A DNA stretch of 62,520 nt, the filler included, from Collodictyon triciliatum (lineage: Eukaryota), in NCBI GenBank assembly GCA_043381765.1. It is 18 parts of 18 records of this genome, joined end to end, with 100 filler letters (N's around TTAATTAATTAA, not from the genome) between each part and the next. Parts side by side here need not be neighbours in the genome. Positions count along the whole stretch, not along the records: positions 11,070 to 12,894 come from JBHJMP010007106.1; positions 12,995 to 16,581 come from JBHJMP010007107.1; positions 16,682 to 20,268 come from JBHJMP010007108.1; positions 20,369 to 23,954 come from JBHJMP010007109.1; 14 more parts are not named here. The stretch is one strand, 5' to 3'. Each line of letters starts with the position of its first letter. Position 1 is the first letter of the stretch. The position numbers and the translations under genes are program-made. Positions 11,977 through 23,405 of the stretch are shown here, in pieces. Below the pieces are notes generated by a model. It was given only the letters and a program-made list of their open reading frames with translations. It ran no database searches and was not told the DNA's origin.

Positions 11977-12461
11977 CAGAACAAGTTGTGGAGGCTTCGT
12001 CACTTCTCTAGTTAGTCCACAAGCTCGTGCGTTTCTTGTCTATCCAGCTTGGGCTTGCCATAACAGATTTACGGGAGGCACGGGAGAAAATCCTGATCTT
12101 CTGAACCGCAATTTTCCAGATATGATCAAATTCACTGAATTAGTAATGACAAATCAACTTCGCCGAAATGTGAGTTATATTCAAATATGGAATATATATT
12201 ATAAAGCAATTAAATATCTTGATAAAGCTATTTTTACCATTGTAAATACACATATTCAATGCAATAAAAAATTATTATATAAAATAAAATACGTTACTTC
12301 GTTGCGTGTCCGTTATAACCGCAGGAAAGTTTGAATGTTTAAATAGCCACTCTTAATCACAATCCTATGCTCAACATCACAACACAACGTATGATCAACG
12401 AAGCCCCACCCGAAAACCACCGCAGAGAAGCAGGACGCGCCAACCAACAACAACCCAAATC

Positions 12462-12877
12462 ATGTGTAAACACATTCTCAACGCTCAGGTAAATAAAGCG
12501 GCAGTTTATCTTTTATTTCATCAAAGAGTCAAAAATGTGCGCTTCTAACTTATATCAGTCCCACAACAACACCCCCACTTCAAACCAACCCGAAAACTTA
12601 ATAACATGAAAAAACAAGAACACTTATGAAAATCAACAATCTGACCGCCAAACAACTTCCGTGCTTCTAAACCTCCTTGGACATCGCGACAAGTCAAACT
12701 CTGCCTCATGTATGTCACGTCTTCACCAACACAGGTTTCAATCCGCGCAAGCTGCTGCAAAAGATGGTTTGACTGCCCCGACTGCCACAAAGAGTCCAGC
12801 GATCACGAGCTGGCCAAGAGCACGGAAATGGTCTTCGCTTGCAAGAAATGCAAGAAGGTTTTCCGCAAGGATATGAG
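12462..12877 (+). CDS. Small CHY zinc-finger protein, 5' exons (12462-12488, 12735-12877), divergent from TBCD
   Basis: MCKHILNAQ|VSIRASCCKRWFDCPDCHKESSDHELAKSTEMVFACKKCKKVFRKD, with canonical splice sites. Confidence 0.85.
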
Positions 12878-12994
12878 GTTGGTGTGGCCTGCAGNNNNNN
12901 NNNNNNNNNNNNNNNNNNNNNNNNNNNNNNNNNNNNNNTTAATTAATTAANNNNNNNNNNNNNNNNNNNNNNNNNNNNNNNNNNNNNNNNNNNN

Positions 12995-13850
12995 CCACGT
13001 GGAGATCAAAAAGGACAAAGGCTTCTTCACAGACACGGCCGTGGTGAAGCTTCTTTGTCACAAGAACCAGCTCCCTGCAAAGTTTACGGTCATAGTTTAA
13101 AGTGTCCAAAGCGCATCCTCAAAGAGCGTCCGCCTGCCGCGAACAACGAATGACAAGTAAAAGCCCCGCAAAATAATTCAACCGCCAAGCAGACAAGTAG
13201 CAACGGATTCAAGGAAGCCAAAGCCAGGCAACAACAGAGCTCGCAAGACTCACAGCAGATACGAGCATACAGCGACAGCGACGATGACATGGAAGGAAAT
13301 CTCGGTTCCTCTTCAGAATCCTGGCACATTGGAGCCCTTCCACCGCCAACACCGGACAATCCCGCACATCGCAAGACCCAAGAGCAGCACATCTCCCAAC
13401 GCCGAAATAAATCCCCCCTTAAACTATTTATTTAGACTGACGTGAACATGGTTAACATAGGAGGCCTCATTTCAGTCTTCGTTACTTATCCGAAAGGATA
13501 CTCCAAAGAGAAGCCAACACAGGTACCAGCGCCCACCAAAGATAGTCCGTTTAACCTGCCCCAGCCCGTCGCACTGAGAACCAAGGAGCAAGGGCAAACA
13601 GCACAAGTCGAATCCATGCCTAGTATTTCACACAATAAAGATGTTCTGAGTAAGCAGGGGCTTATTTTTTTAAAACATCAGTACGCATAGCGATACTCCG
13701 GTTAAGCAAAGTCCACTGCCGACTACGCATGGTCCCGATGCCAGGGGACGGTCAAGCGCCACTTCCAATAATACCAGACAAACAACGATATATCACTTTT
13801 TGTCTGGGTCGCCCAGCAAGAAACGCAAGGGAAGTAACCCGTTGACCCCT
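12995..13850 (+). mobile_element. Probable decayed LINE ORF1 (gag-like) remnant
   Basis: VEIKKDKGFFTDTAVVKL, then a frameshifted partial knuckle CKVYGHSLKCPKR, then a polar low-complexity tail with stops. No introns. Confidence 0.35.
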
Positions 13851-14069
13851 CAAAAGACTCATCCAGCGGAATGAAATAGGATATAAACCTTGTCTGAGAT
13901 AGATGGTTGAAAGGATTCGTCGGAATCGATTTGAGAAGTTACAGCCATGTGCGAACTTTCATCGACCCGACATCTTTTATCTGCTTTTCTGTCAGTCTCG
14001 AATACAACCAGAAATCGCGTTGGAGTTGATTCACCTCGGGTAGGATGGGCTGCATGTAAGAATACTTGC

Positions 14070-14230
14070 ACTTCTTTCTTTGATGCTTTCTTTCTTTTAT
14101 TCCGCACAAAACACAAACACATTCTGTCACACTTTCTGATATTTCTCATTTACTTGTTCGTACTTCGTCTAAGTCTCAGAAGTGTGGGAACTTTTGCATG
14201 TGCATGTATGACCAGAATGAACCGATGTAC
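14070..14230 (-). mobile_element. Possible degenerate LINE ORF2 zf-RVT fragment
   Basis: Across frameshifts: FW..AHAKVPTLLRLRR...ECVCVLCGIKE. Confidence 0.3.
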
Positions 14231-14508
14231 TCAATGCCAGTGACGAGTTCACATTTTCGAAAGAATGTAATCCGATATCAATCAAACGAGCTGAATTTCA
14301 GAAAATTGTGTAAAGTTCCAGACATTTTTCAGGAAGAATAAAATGACCAAGGCTTAATCCTTTTTCAAGTAATCAAGTCTACACAAACAGTGCACTAAAG
14401 TTCCTGCTTGTGCCCGCATTGTCTGGTCTACCTTGTCTCGTCACGTCACATGCGGTTTACTGCAACTCCCAGACATCGTCCTAGCTATTCCTTACCACAG
14501 TTATTGGG

Positions 14509-15846
14509 ATGTATAAACTTCACCTGATTGTATTTGTTACGCTCGTCGCTCCTTGGACTCAAGCTCAACTTACCAGTAAACTTTCTTTGCGTTTCTTCTT
14601 TCAACTTATAATTTTAAAACATGTTTCGGCGAAGTTTATGACCTAGTGGATTCAAAATGCTTTAGGGGTTTTAATATATGATGGCAAGTATGGAAGGTAC
14701 AACAATCAATTAATGTCGTTCATGACAGCTCTATGTATTGGACAGAAGACAAATAGAACTGTTATATTTCCTGGCTGGATTGAAAGGTACCTCGAATCGT
14801 CTCGGTTCAAGATTCCTTATACGTAACATTTGAAAGCATCTATTAATCTAAAATTACCCAGAAAGGATAAATATAATTTGGACGCTTACGTTGAACTTTT
14901 GGGTTCGACCAGAGACATGTATACGTTTTTGGAATACGATTTCCTCAAGATAACCAACCAGACGGAAAAATTAGAAAAATACACCTCTGTTATCTCGGAA
15001 AGTAATATTTACTTCCTGTTATTGAAGTCGACAAGTAACCGTGCTCATGGAATATTTAAAGAAAATTAATTTCGATCAGGTGGGCAAGATCTACTCTCAA
15101 AGGTGAAAAACACCTCAAGTCCTGTGGTAAGGTGTTCTGGTTTGTGTGTCGTAGTGCTCTGTTTAAATCGAGAAACTTAGGTAAATGTTGGAAATATCTT
15201 CCATAAGCTTCATGAAGTGTGCTCCCCTGATGCCATCCAGTACCTGTATTCTCATATAGTTCCTAACAAATATATTAGAAAAGTGAGTGCAAAATGGATA
15301 TTGTATTTCCTGTTATTAATGTTCGGATCGTCCCACATTTTTTAACTTATTACATCAGGACCAATAATTTTTTTTATCATAGCTGGGGGATTATTTTATC
15401 GAACGAATGCTACCGAAACCTTTTGCTGCACTCCATTTGAGGAAACTTGAGGGGAAATGCAAGCAAACATTTCCAGAAATGCAGAATATTGTTCAGGGAG
15501 AGGTCATATGTCATACTAAAATACTTTTCTTCAAATGCTAACTTAATCAGAATAGCCGAAATTTGCAGGTATGAAATCTTTCTTCCTAGCCTCCGATGGC
15601 GAGGATCTCGTAATGGAAAAAGTAAATATTTGTGCGCATAGTGACCATCGTAAATAATGTATTGACCTATTTGCCGCCACTAAAATTGAACTCCAAATAT
15701 CATCATAGAATATAACAGATGTTTATAAGGCTGTTAAAATACCTGAAAATCTCATGGGTGCTTCTTACACATCTGGAGTCCTCGACTCATATATAATGTC
15801 ACATGCGCAGCTATTGTTCATGAATCCGTTTGAATTTAATCCATGA
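14509..15846 (+). CDS. Secreted GDP-fucose O-fucosyltransferase-like glycosyltransferase, multi-exon
   Basis: Signal-peptide-like start MYKLHLIVFVTLVAPWTQA. An exon reads VLIYDGKYGRYNNQLMSFMTALCIGQKTNRTVIFPGWIE, resembling POFUT1 GRFGNQ...NRTLAVPPWIE. A late exon has VLDSYIMSHAQLLFMN. The C-terminus may be truncated. Confidence 0.6.
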
Positions 15847-17297
15847 GGACCCAAGAGATAACTTCATCATATACTGACATGTGTGGGTTCAATTGCGAAA
15901 ATTGCTAATTCATGTCATAATCAGGGGATCCACTCTGTCACTTTCCGCCGTAAGGTATAAGATATTCTGGAGAAGGGAGCCCAATAAGGTTGTGCCACTG
16001 ACGAACGGAAAATATCCCACTAACTGCAGATAATAAGCAAATCCCACTCGGAAACTTTAACTATAACAGTTTCAAACACAGAACCTACTGGGACAATAAT
16101 TACTGATTAAACAAAAAAAAATGAAGCAAAGGGAAGACTAATGCGGGTCGAATATGTCGGACTTTTTTTCATTCTAATATCCTAGCTGTTGGGCCTGTCT
16201 CAACTATCTTTCATTCAACCATCAGGCAAGTCGTTCCAAAGGAGGTGGGGCTGTGTGGGAGATAGAAAAAGAAGAACAGGGATATTGAAAAAAGAAAAAG
16301 GGAAAAGAGATGTCCTTGAGGCTTGATAACAGACGCATGGATTTCTTTTGGGGACGCGTGATAGTGTCCCACGAGTATGAGAAAAAAAAAGGGACGGGTG
16401 ATATTGATTGGGTGGAGGAGGGGGAATACTGCTTTGATGACGCAAGGTGTCGAAAAGGATGGTGAAAAGAGAAGTGAGGTTAGTTTGATAAGCACTAGGT
16501 CGAGTGCAAAGAGGACTTCTCTGCATGGTTGACTCACCTCCTTCCAGACCGTATTAGGGTCTTTTCAGTAGGGGTTGTCGANNNNNNNNNNNNNNNNNNN
16601 NNNNNNNNNNNNNNNNNNNNNNNNNTTAATTAATTAANNNNNNNNNNNNNNNNNNNNNNNNNNNNNNNNNNNNNNNNNNNNTTTTTTTTTTTTTTTTGTT
16701 TTTTGTTTTTTGTTTTTTGTTTTTTGTTTTTTGTTTCCAATCGAAAACACAAAATGCGCGAAACCAGACAAAGAAAAAAAAAACAATTAAGTGAAGAAAC
16801 AAGCGATATAACAAAAATAAAAATAAAAAACGCCCCAAGCGTCTCAAAATAGCGACAAGAGAACACAAACGATGAAAGAGAGAAAATAGACGCCTTAAGC
16901 CTTACAAAATAGCAAAGAGAGAACACAAGAATTAAGAGAAGAAAAAGCGTGAACAATCAGGCAGCTTCTTTGCGTGAGTGGCTTGTGCGTCTCGTCTGAT
17001 GCGTTTGGCTCCCACTTCGCCCCAGTGATCGAAGCAGCAGCAGCGCTGATCCTTGTCCAAACCAAAGGCCCACAAACCGCAACTCCCTGCAGCTTTTGAA
17101 ACTTCTGTGGAATATTAAATCAAGGGTGGAACTGGTTCATACGCCTCATCTACCGCTGTCTCTGCCATTTCCCACAGATGCTTGCGGCTGGTTCGTCATG
17201 GGCAGCGTGTTTACCAGATAACGTATGATTGCGTCATCCCTTAAACTCAGATATTCTCTTCTCTAATATCTCGCCATTATGGATGAATTTTATTTCT

Positions 17298-17415
17298 TAC
17301 TAGAAGGGGTATACCAATCGAACGACTAGTAAGCCTGGTGCGCTAGTATCCAAGGTCTCACCACTTTTTTCACAAAGACCGTGTAGTGGTGAAGGCTGCC
17401 AGGAAAGACCCAACA
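17298..17415 (-). ncRNA. Candidate Fanzor omegaRNA scaffold, copy 1
   Basis: Three stem-loops are conserved with copy 2: UCACCACU/AGUGGUGA, CUUGG/CCAGG and UACUAGUC-GUUC-GAUUGGUA. The region overlaps the ORF 3' end and the element end. Confidence 0.65.
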
Positions 17416-19302
17416 GCCGTTTTTTTATAGGAAGGTGTAGGCATATTTCGAAGAATTGAAAGATCTTTGTTAAGTAGATTTTTAGCGCTGATAAAGTCCC
17501 TTGCCAAGAATACACTTTGTTTGCTTTCTATGCGATTACATTCTTTACATATGAGACATATATACAACTTTTTCGTATTTCCTTTCGGTTTCATATATTC
17601 CAGTTCTTTTTCGCGGTTGCAATACATCTTGGATGTTCTAAATTCATTTACACTAACTGGTTCAAAACGTTTAGATAGTATTTTTCGTAATCCTCTTCCG
17701 ATTGTTGGCATAAAATGGTTCATCTGAGATTTTATGCTCCAGTCTCCATACGCCACTACAACATCCTTGCCAAATGTCTTTTCGATTCGTTCCATAAACA
17801 TTTGGTCACTTCTTTTTGTATTAACATACTGTCTTCATCTCATCTTTCGAAAAGTTACTTGTTCATAAAATCTGGATAATTCTATCTGGTATATTGATTT
17901 CATGGATACATATTCTAGAAACTTTTCATAATCGATCGTGCATGAATTATGTTTACTCAGTTCTGTCTCTATATCGATTAAAGATACTCTTGATACCTCA
18001 AACTACTGATTCTCTTCAAAAGACATGCGACCAAAAGAAACAGCACTTTGTAAACCTGTTGCCATGCATATCGCTGAAGTATTGTACTTTTCTTTTTTGT
18101 CGCGCAAGAGTATTTTGTGGTTTTTAAGAGATTTGCTATCATGTCTTGTTTGGTGTGTCGTGTAACGTAATTTCTTGCCTGTCTCATCCACCATGTAAAC
18201 AAAATTAAACTTGCCTGCGTCCACTCCAACTATTTTTTGTCGCTAATAAAGATAACTGCTCTTCGGAAAGTTCATATAAAACATATTCTTGAGTTTGTTT
18301 TGATTGTATTTGGATTTTGAATTTGAAATACCTTTCTTTTCAAACAATAATGACACCGCCAAGCCGTCTGTTTGTATCATGTATGTAAAATTGTAATCTC
18401 ATTGATGAAAGACCCTCTTCTTCATTTCAAAGAACTTTTCCCAAAGGTTCTATTTGCATCCTGATGTCTTCTCCAATAATTTTGGCTTTCCAGATAATAC
18501 TAATAGACATATCAAACATGCGGTATCTAGAGTAGTATGACGTGATATATTGGTAATTCTTATTGAGATTGGTTGAAACTGTTTGGGTACAATGTCCTCA
18601 AAAATGCGATTCATGTAAATCAGACATGGTGTATACTTATTTGGATTGACTTTGACGTCATATTCGATACTATTTACAATGCCGCTGGGAATGATATGAT
18701 GCAGATGCGTTATAGTCCATTTTTTATATTGTTCCGGTATTGTGGTTTTCTTGAAGATGGCTTTTTTTAACTTTCGTAACTCTGCCTTTTTAATAGCTTC
18801 CGTAACATTCTTGTCTTGAGGAACTGTTTGATGTATAAAGCGCAGTAACCTCTTTACAAATGTTCCTTAATGACATTACGATAACCTGTTAACATTTGCT
18901 TCGCCAAGTACCGTAACGCATGAGACAGTCCAACCAACGAAAAGCATTCTTCTCGGGACAAAAGGAATCGAAAATCATTGAGATAAAAGTCATCATGTCT
19001 TCTCTCATATATGGATGCTTTCATCTTGCGGGTCTACCTTGTGAAACTATTCCGACTGTCTTTAAAGCGTACAAAAAAAAAACCATTTCATCGATTGTTG
19101 GGAGTTGCTGTGATTTCAATATGTAACATCTTGCAAACAGATAAGTGTCGGTAACCAATTTATGACACAATAAACCCGTATCGTTGATTTCGTCATAGTC
19201 ATCCGCATTCTTCACAATCGACTTTAGATATATTTTTACATTTTGATGGTCTGGTTTTACATACTTCAGAATCTCAGACTCAATACTTTTTCTTTTCTTC
19301 GT
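17370..19302 (-). pseudogene. Fanzor1 (TnpB-family RuvC RNA-guided endonuclease), frameshifted
   Basis: Motifs: LKSIVKN...TYLFARCYIL...LPTIDE; YDVKVNP..Y..CLIYMN; YMIQTDGLAVSLLF; RuvC-I IVGVDAGK; AYGDWS...PTIGRGLRKILSKRF; RuvC-II VNEFRTSK; decayed zinc finger (YCNR/CKEC); RuvC-III ARDFISAKNL. The start codon is ACG here and ATG in copy 2. Confidence 0.9.
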
Positions 19303-20012
19303 ATGAAAGTCTTTGGTTTACTTTTTCCTTTAGAAAAATAGAGTTTTCAATTTTAATAAATCTCAAGTCAAGTTAATATATAAAAACAACGGCATAAAAT
19401 CAATTCAGGTAAAATTAAGCATCTAACGAGACTTTCAAAATGTGCGCATTGTGGAAAAACACACAAAGTTTTTTTGTATAAGTGATTTGAGACATAACGC
19501 TGAGAGCTGATTCGGCGAGTTCGAAAGGATGGCTGCATAGCAATTGCGATTAAAAGTCAACTTATCGGCCCCAAACAATATGATTACCGCCGCAAGTGTG
19601 GATGGTATGCATTTTTGATATGCATGTTTGGTGACAGGTTTATAGAGTGAGTTCTGTCTGGGACAAGGTAAGGGCTTGTTTGTAATCTTTAGATTTTTGG
19701 ATTGATTTACGTAATTGTATATTTAAAAAATAAAATATAAATTGATTACAGGAATAAAATGATTATTAAGTATTCTTTTACCTTTTTATATATTCTAATT
19801 ATACTATTACATTTTTCAGGTTGTTTCTTGGATTCATCAAAGCTCCTGCGTTTATCAATCCAAATTTAATTCGATGGTTGTCTGTGCAATAAACTGTTAC
19901 ATATGGGTACACTTTCGTTGTATAATAGTGTTGTGCCTTGGAAGGGATAAAACCACGTTCGTTACAACCTTTGTAATGATGCTTATCCGTTTACAGGCTG
20001 ATTGATACCAAA

Positions 20013-20108
<96 letters not shown>

Positions 20109-20232
20109 AAAAAGAAAGAGAAAGAGAAACGGATGAATGAATCAGAGCAACCAATACCGAGCACTATAGTCATACTTATACCACTACCCATGAGTTGATG
20201 GTTAGAGCTCGATCCGACTTTTTTTGCTCCCC

Positions 20233-20266
<34 letters not shown>

Positions 20267-20368
20267 TANNNNNNNNNNNNNNNNNNNNNNNNNNNNNNNN
20301 NNNNNNNNNNNNTTAATTAATTAANNNNNNNNNNNNNNNNNNNNNNNNNNNNNNNNNNNNNNNNNNNN

Positions 20369-20470
<102 letters not shown>

Positions 20471-20534
20471 AAAGAAAAGAGAAAAGAAGAAACCTTTCAG
20501 CTACTCAGTCAAACGCCAACGCCCAGATCAGCCG

Positions 20535-22394
20535 ATGAAGCCGTTCCAGCTCACGTCGTTGAAGTACGAAGGCGGGATTCTCTACGCTCTCGATCAACGC
20601 CTGCTTCCGACCAAGGAGGTGTGGATCCCCACAAGAACACCGCAGGATGTTATCCTCTGCATCAAGCAGCTGAGTATTCGCGGCGCTCCTTTGATTGGCG
20701 TTGGTAAGACACGCTTGAAGTCCACAACACTTCACTTCCAAACTAAACATCAAGGCAGAAGATTCAAAAATGAATTTTTTTTCTTAATGTAATTACATCA
20801 ACAAATAATATAAGGAGAGGATAATATTCAATAAAGCAACAACGATTATTCTAGAGCGCAAACAATTATATGAATTCGTTGAACCTTTAATCAACCTGAC
20901 AACTATTGCTCTTTGTTTGAAGCGGCCGCCTCATCACTGGCTCTGTTCTCTCAGACTGGTCCCACCCGCAAATCGGTAGGCCTGCAAAGTCATGGCATAT
21001 ACACAAAAGGATCTCGGCTTTGTGAGGAATAGCTGTTTCTTTTTTTCCCCTACTGATATCTTTTCTAATGATTTGGTCATGCTTAGCTACTGGAAACTGC
21101 TCAAGCACTCCGCGACTCACGCCCAACTGCTGTGAATCTGATGTGGGCAATCGACCGAATGGTGGCTGCGATTCAAACAGTGGAGTAAGTTGATATCTTC
21201 TCATTTTTGTTTTTGTTGCTATTATTATGACCTGGATAACTCCAAATATTCACGAAGGATGGATTACGGATGCTGCTTAAAAAAAAAAGGAATGGAAAGT
21301 TTTTCGTGACTAGAAAAAATAAATGCATATACTGTCCTTAAACTATTTGATTATTGCCTATAATCTAATTTGTAAATCGTATTTCGCTTTCACTCAAGGG
21401 ACTCCAATGTTATGTCAGTCTTGACCCAGACAGCAGAGGATATTATTCGCGAAGACATGGAAATGTGCGATAGAATGGCATCATTTGGCAACGATCTTGT
21501 TCAACCCAACGAAGGCATTCTCACTCACTGCAACACTGGAGGCCTGGCAACAGCTGGTATTGGAACGGCTCTTGGGGTCATTTTGAAAGCTCATCAGAGT
21601 GGTTTGTTTTCTTTCTTTCTTTCTTTCTCTTTTCTTTATTCAAAAAAAAAAAAGAAAGAGTAAAGGACAAGAGACATATTACCCTAAAGTGCAATATATA
21701 CTTCAAAAAAGTATCACGTGGAACAGATTTATTGATCCGTGGGAATTGCTAACGTGTGTTGATACACAACGGGCTTTGCTACACAAACAGCCGCCAAACA
21801 TAGACTCATGCTCCCCTGTATTTACTAGGAAAGGGCATCCACGTTTTTATCGACGAAACGCGTCCTCTGCTGCAGGGCGGCCGGCTCACAGCATGGGAAT
21901 GCACAAAAAACGGAATCCCAAGCACCCTTCTGTGCGACAATATGGCTGCGTCGCTGCTTCGCACAGGCCGCGTCCATCGCATCTTTGTTGGCGCGGACCG
22001 CATCGCACTGAACGGAGACTTTGCAAACAAAATCGGGACATACGCTTTGGCCATTGCAGCCCACCATCACAAAGTCCCGTTCTATGTGGTGGCCCCGACA
22101 TCCACAGTCGATATCGAATGCCCGAACGGCGAGGCGATTCCCATCGAGCAGCGTGCAGACGCAGAGGTTTGCGGATACCTCGGATTTGTGCCGCAGGTGC
22201 AAACATCGGAGACCTTGCAAGATACTCTGACTCAGATACGCTGGGCTCCGGAAGGAATCAAGACATACAACCCAGCCTTTGATGTCACGCCTGTCCAGCT
22301 CGTGACAGGATATATCCTCGAGTCTGGCGTATACACACCAGAGCAAATTGCGCAGGGCTGTCTCAAGGATTTGGTGCGCAAGGCGACAAACTGA
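20535..22394 (+). CDS. MRI1: Methylthioribose-1-phosphate isomerase, ~5 exons, complete
   Basis: LDQRLLP, IRGAPLIG, SRPTAVNL, THCNTGGLATAGIGTALGV, DETRPLLQGGRLTAWE, VGADRIALNGDFANKIGTY, NPAFDVTP. Confidence 0.95.
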
Positions 22395-22959
22395 ATTAAA
22401 AGTGCGGTTATTCATTTCAATAGACTTTTTTTTTTTTAAAAAAAAAAAAACATGAAAAAGTGAACAGCCCCCTGCACAATTTGCAATCTCGTTAATTATG
22501 CATATAGTTAATAGAGTATCAGCCATAGGCAAAAAATAAAATAAAATAAATAATCTAACATAATACCCCACGAAAAAAAAGAAAAAGAATGCGATTTGTT
22601 ATTTAGCTTCTTCGATTATTTTGTTCATCACCAATAAAATATTTGTAAAAGCGGCTTGGCCTTTTGTTTGCGCGAGCTTTTTCTTCTTTTTCATGTATGT
22701 TGCTTGTGTTTGTGTGCGTGTATCTTGCCGATGCAGCCTCGATAGAGTGATCAATCAGAAATCCAAAACATTCTTGGGTCCGATGCCACCGGACGACGAG
22801 CAGCCCATTCCTGATGCTTGCAGCGCTGCGCTTGTTTGCGCCCGTCCAGATCGAGATGGAGGGTCAGAACTCTCACCCTCCTGTGCATCATGTAGGGATT
22901 GCATAAGTTTACCATGAGGCACTATATCTTATAAACCACCTTTTTTTTTTTAAAAAAAA

Positions 22960-23405
22960 AGAAAGAATAGAGGAAAAATGGCACTTCTGTATGCAAGTAT
23001 ATCGCCGACATGTCAGGTTTGAAAGGACCGACAAACATAGGCAGTTCACATATTTATCACATGTGGGACCAAAGAAGCGAAACGTGAGGAAGATGTATCA
23101 ATGTTTTAAACCCATGATCTTACTGGTGGTGGGTGGAGCTTTTCCAGAGTCATCTTCTTTCGACGAACTTTGCAGCCATATGCCAGACTTTCTGGGATAT
23201 GTGGTACATACGAATGGAAACATGGAAGTTTTTCGATACGGAGAAGTCCATGGAAGTCGGTGAACTCCGCTGGTGTATCTCTTTTCTCTCCTACGTGAGA
23301 AACGAATCACACCCAAAGGAACCATCAACATCGGTCTACTTCATCATATGGAAGACATACAAAAACAACGTAAAGAACAAAGATAAATTTGGAGGAGAAA
23401 TGTGA
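22960..23405 (+). mobile_element. Possible degenerate LINE ORF2 C-terminal fragment
   Basis: Broken frames give YQCFK...SHLL...CQTFW...FIIWKTY, loosely like zf-RVT plus the downstream IW motif. Confidence 0.25.

Larger units (their letters stand above)
17298..20235 (-). mobile_element. Fanzor1-carrying transposon, copy 1
   Basis: Colinear and clearly homologous to 27845-30840 over its whole length. Homology is lost shortly after ...CCCTTCTAGTAA. The left end runs into a microsatellite at the contig edge. Confidence 0.85.

Noticed and set aside
17268-17280. AATGGCGAGATAT downstream of Fanzor copy 1 matching 2401-2413 as a guide target
   Set aside because: It is a 13-bp match offset from the scaffold end; chance or a common motif explains it.
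17370-19302. In-frame stops in Fanzor and WD40 as evidence of a non-standard genetic code
   Set aside because: Frameshifts accompany the stops and differ between copies. Long intact genes (RBR, tubulin, FkbM) have no internal stops, and TAA, TAG and TGA all appear as terminators.
20221-20240. AAGGGG at the left end vs CCC(C)TT at the right end as Fanzor element TIRs
   Set aside because: Only 5-6 bp match, the motif also resembles the LINE tail, and the left boundary runs into microsatellite at the contig edge.
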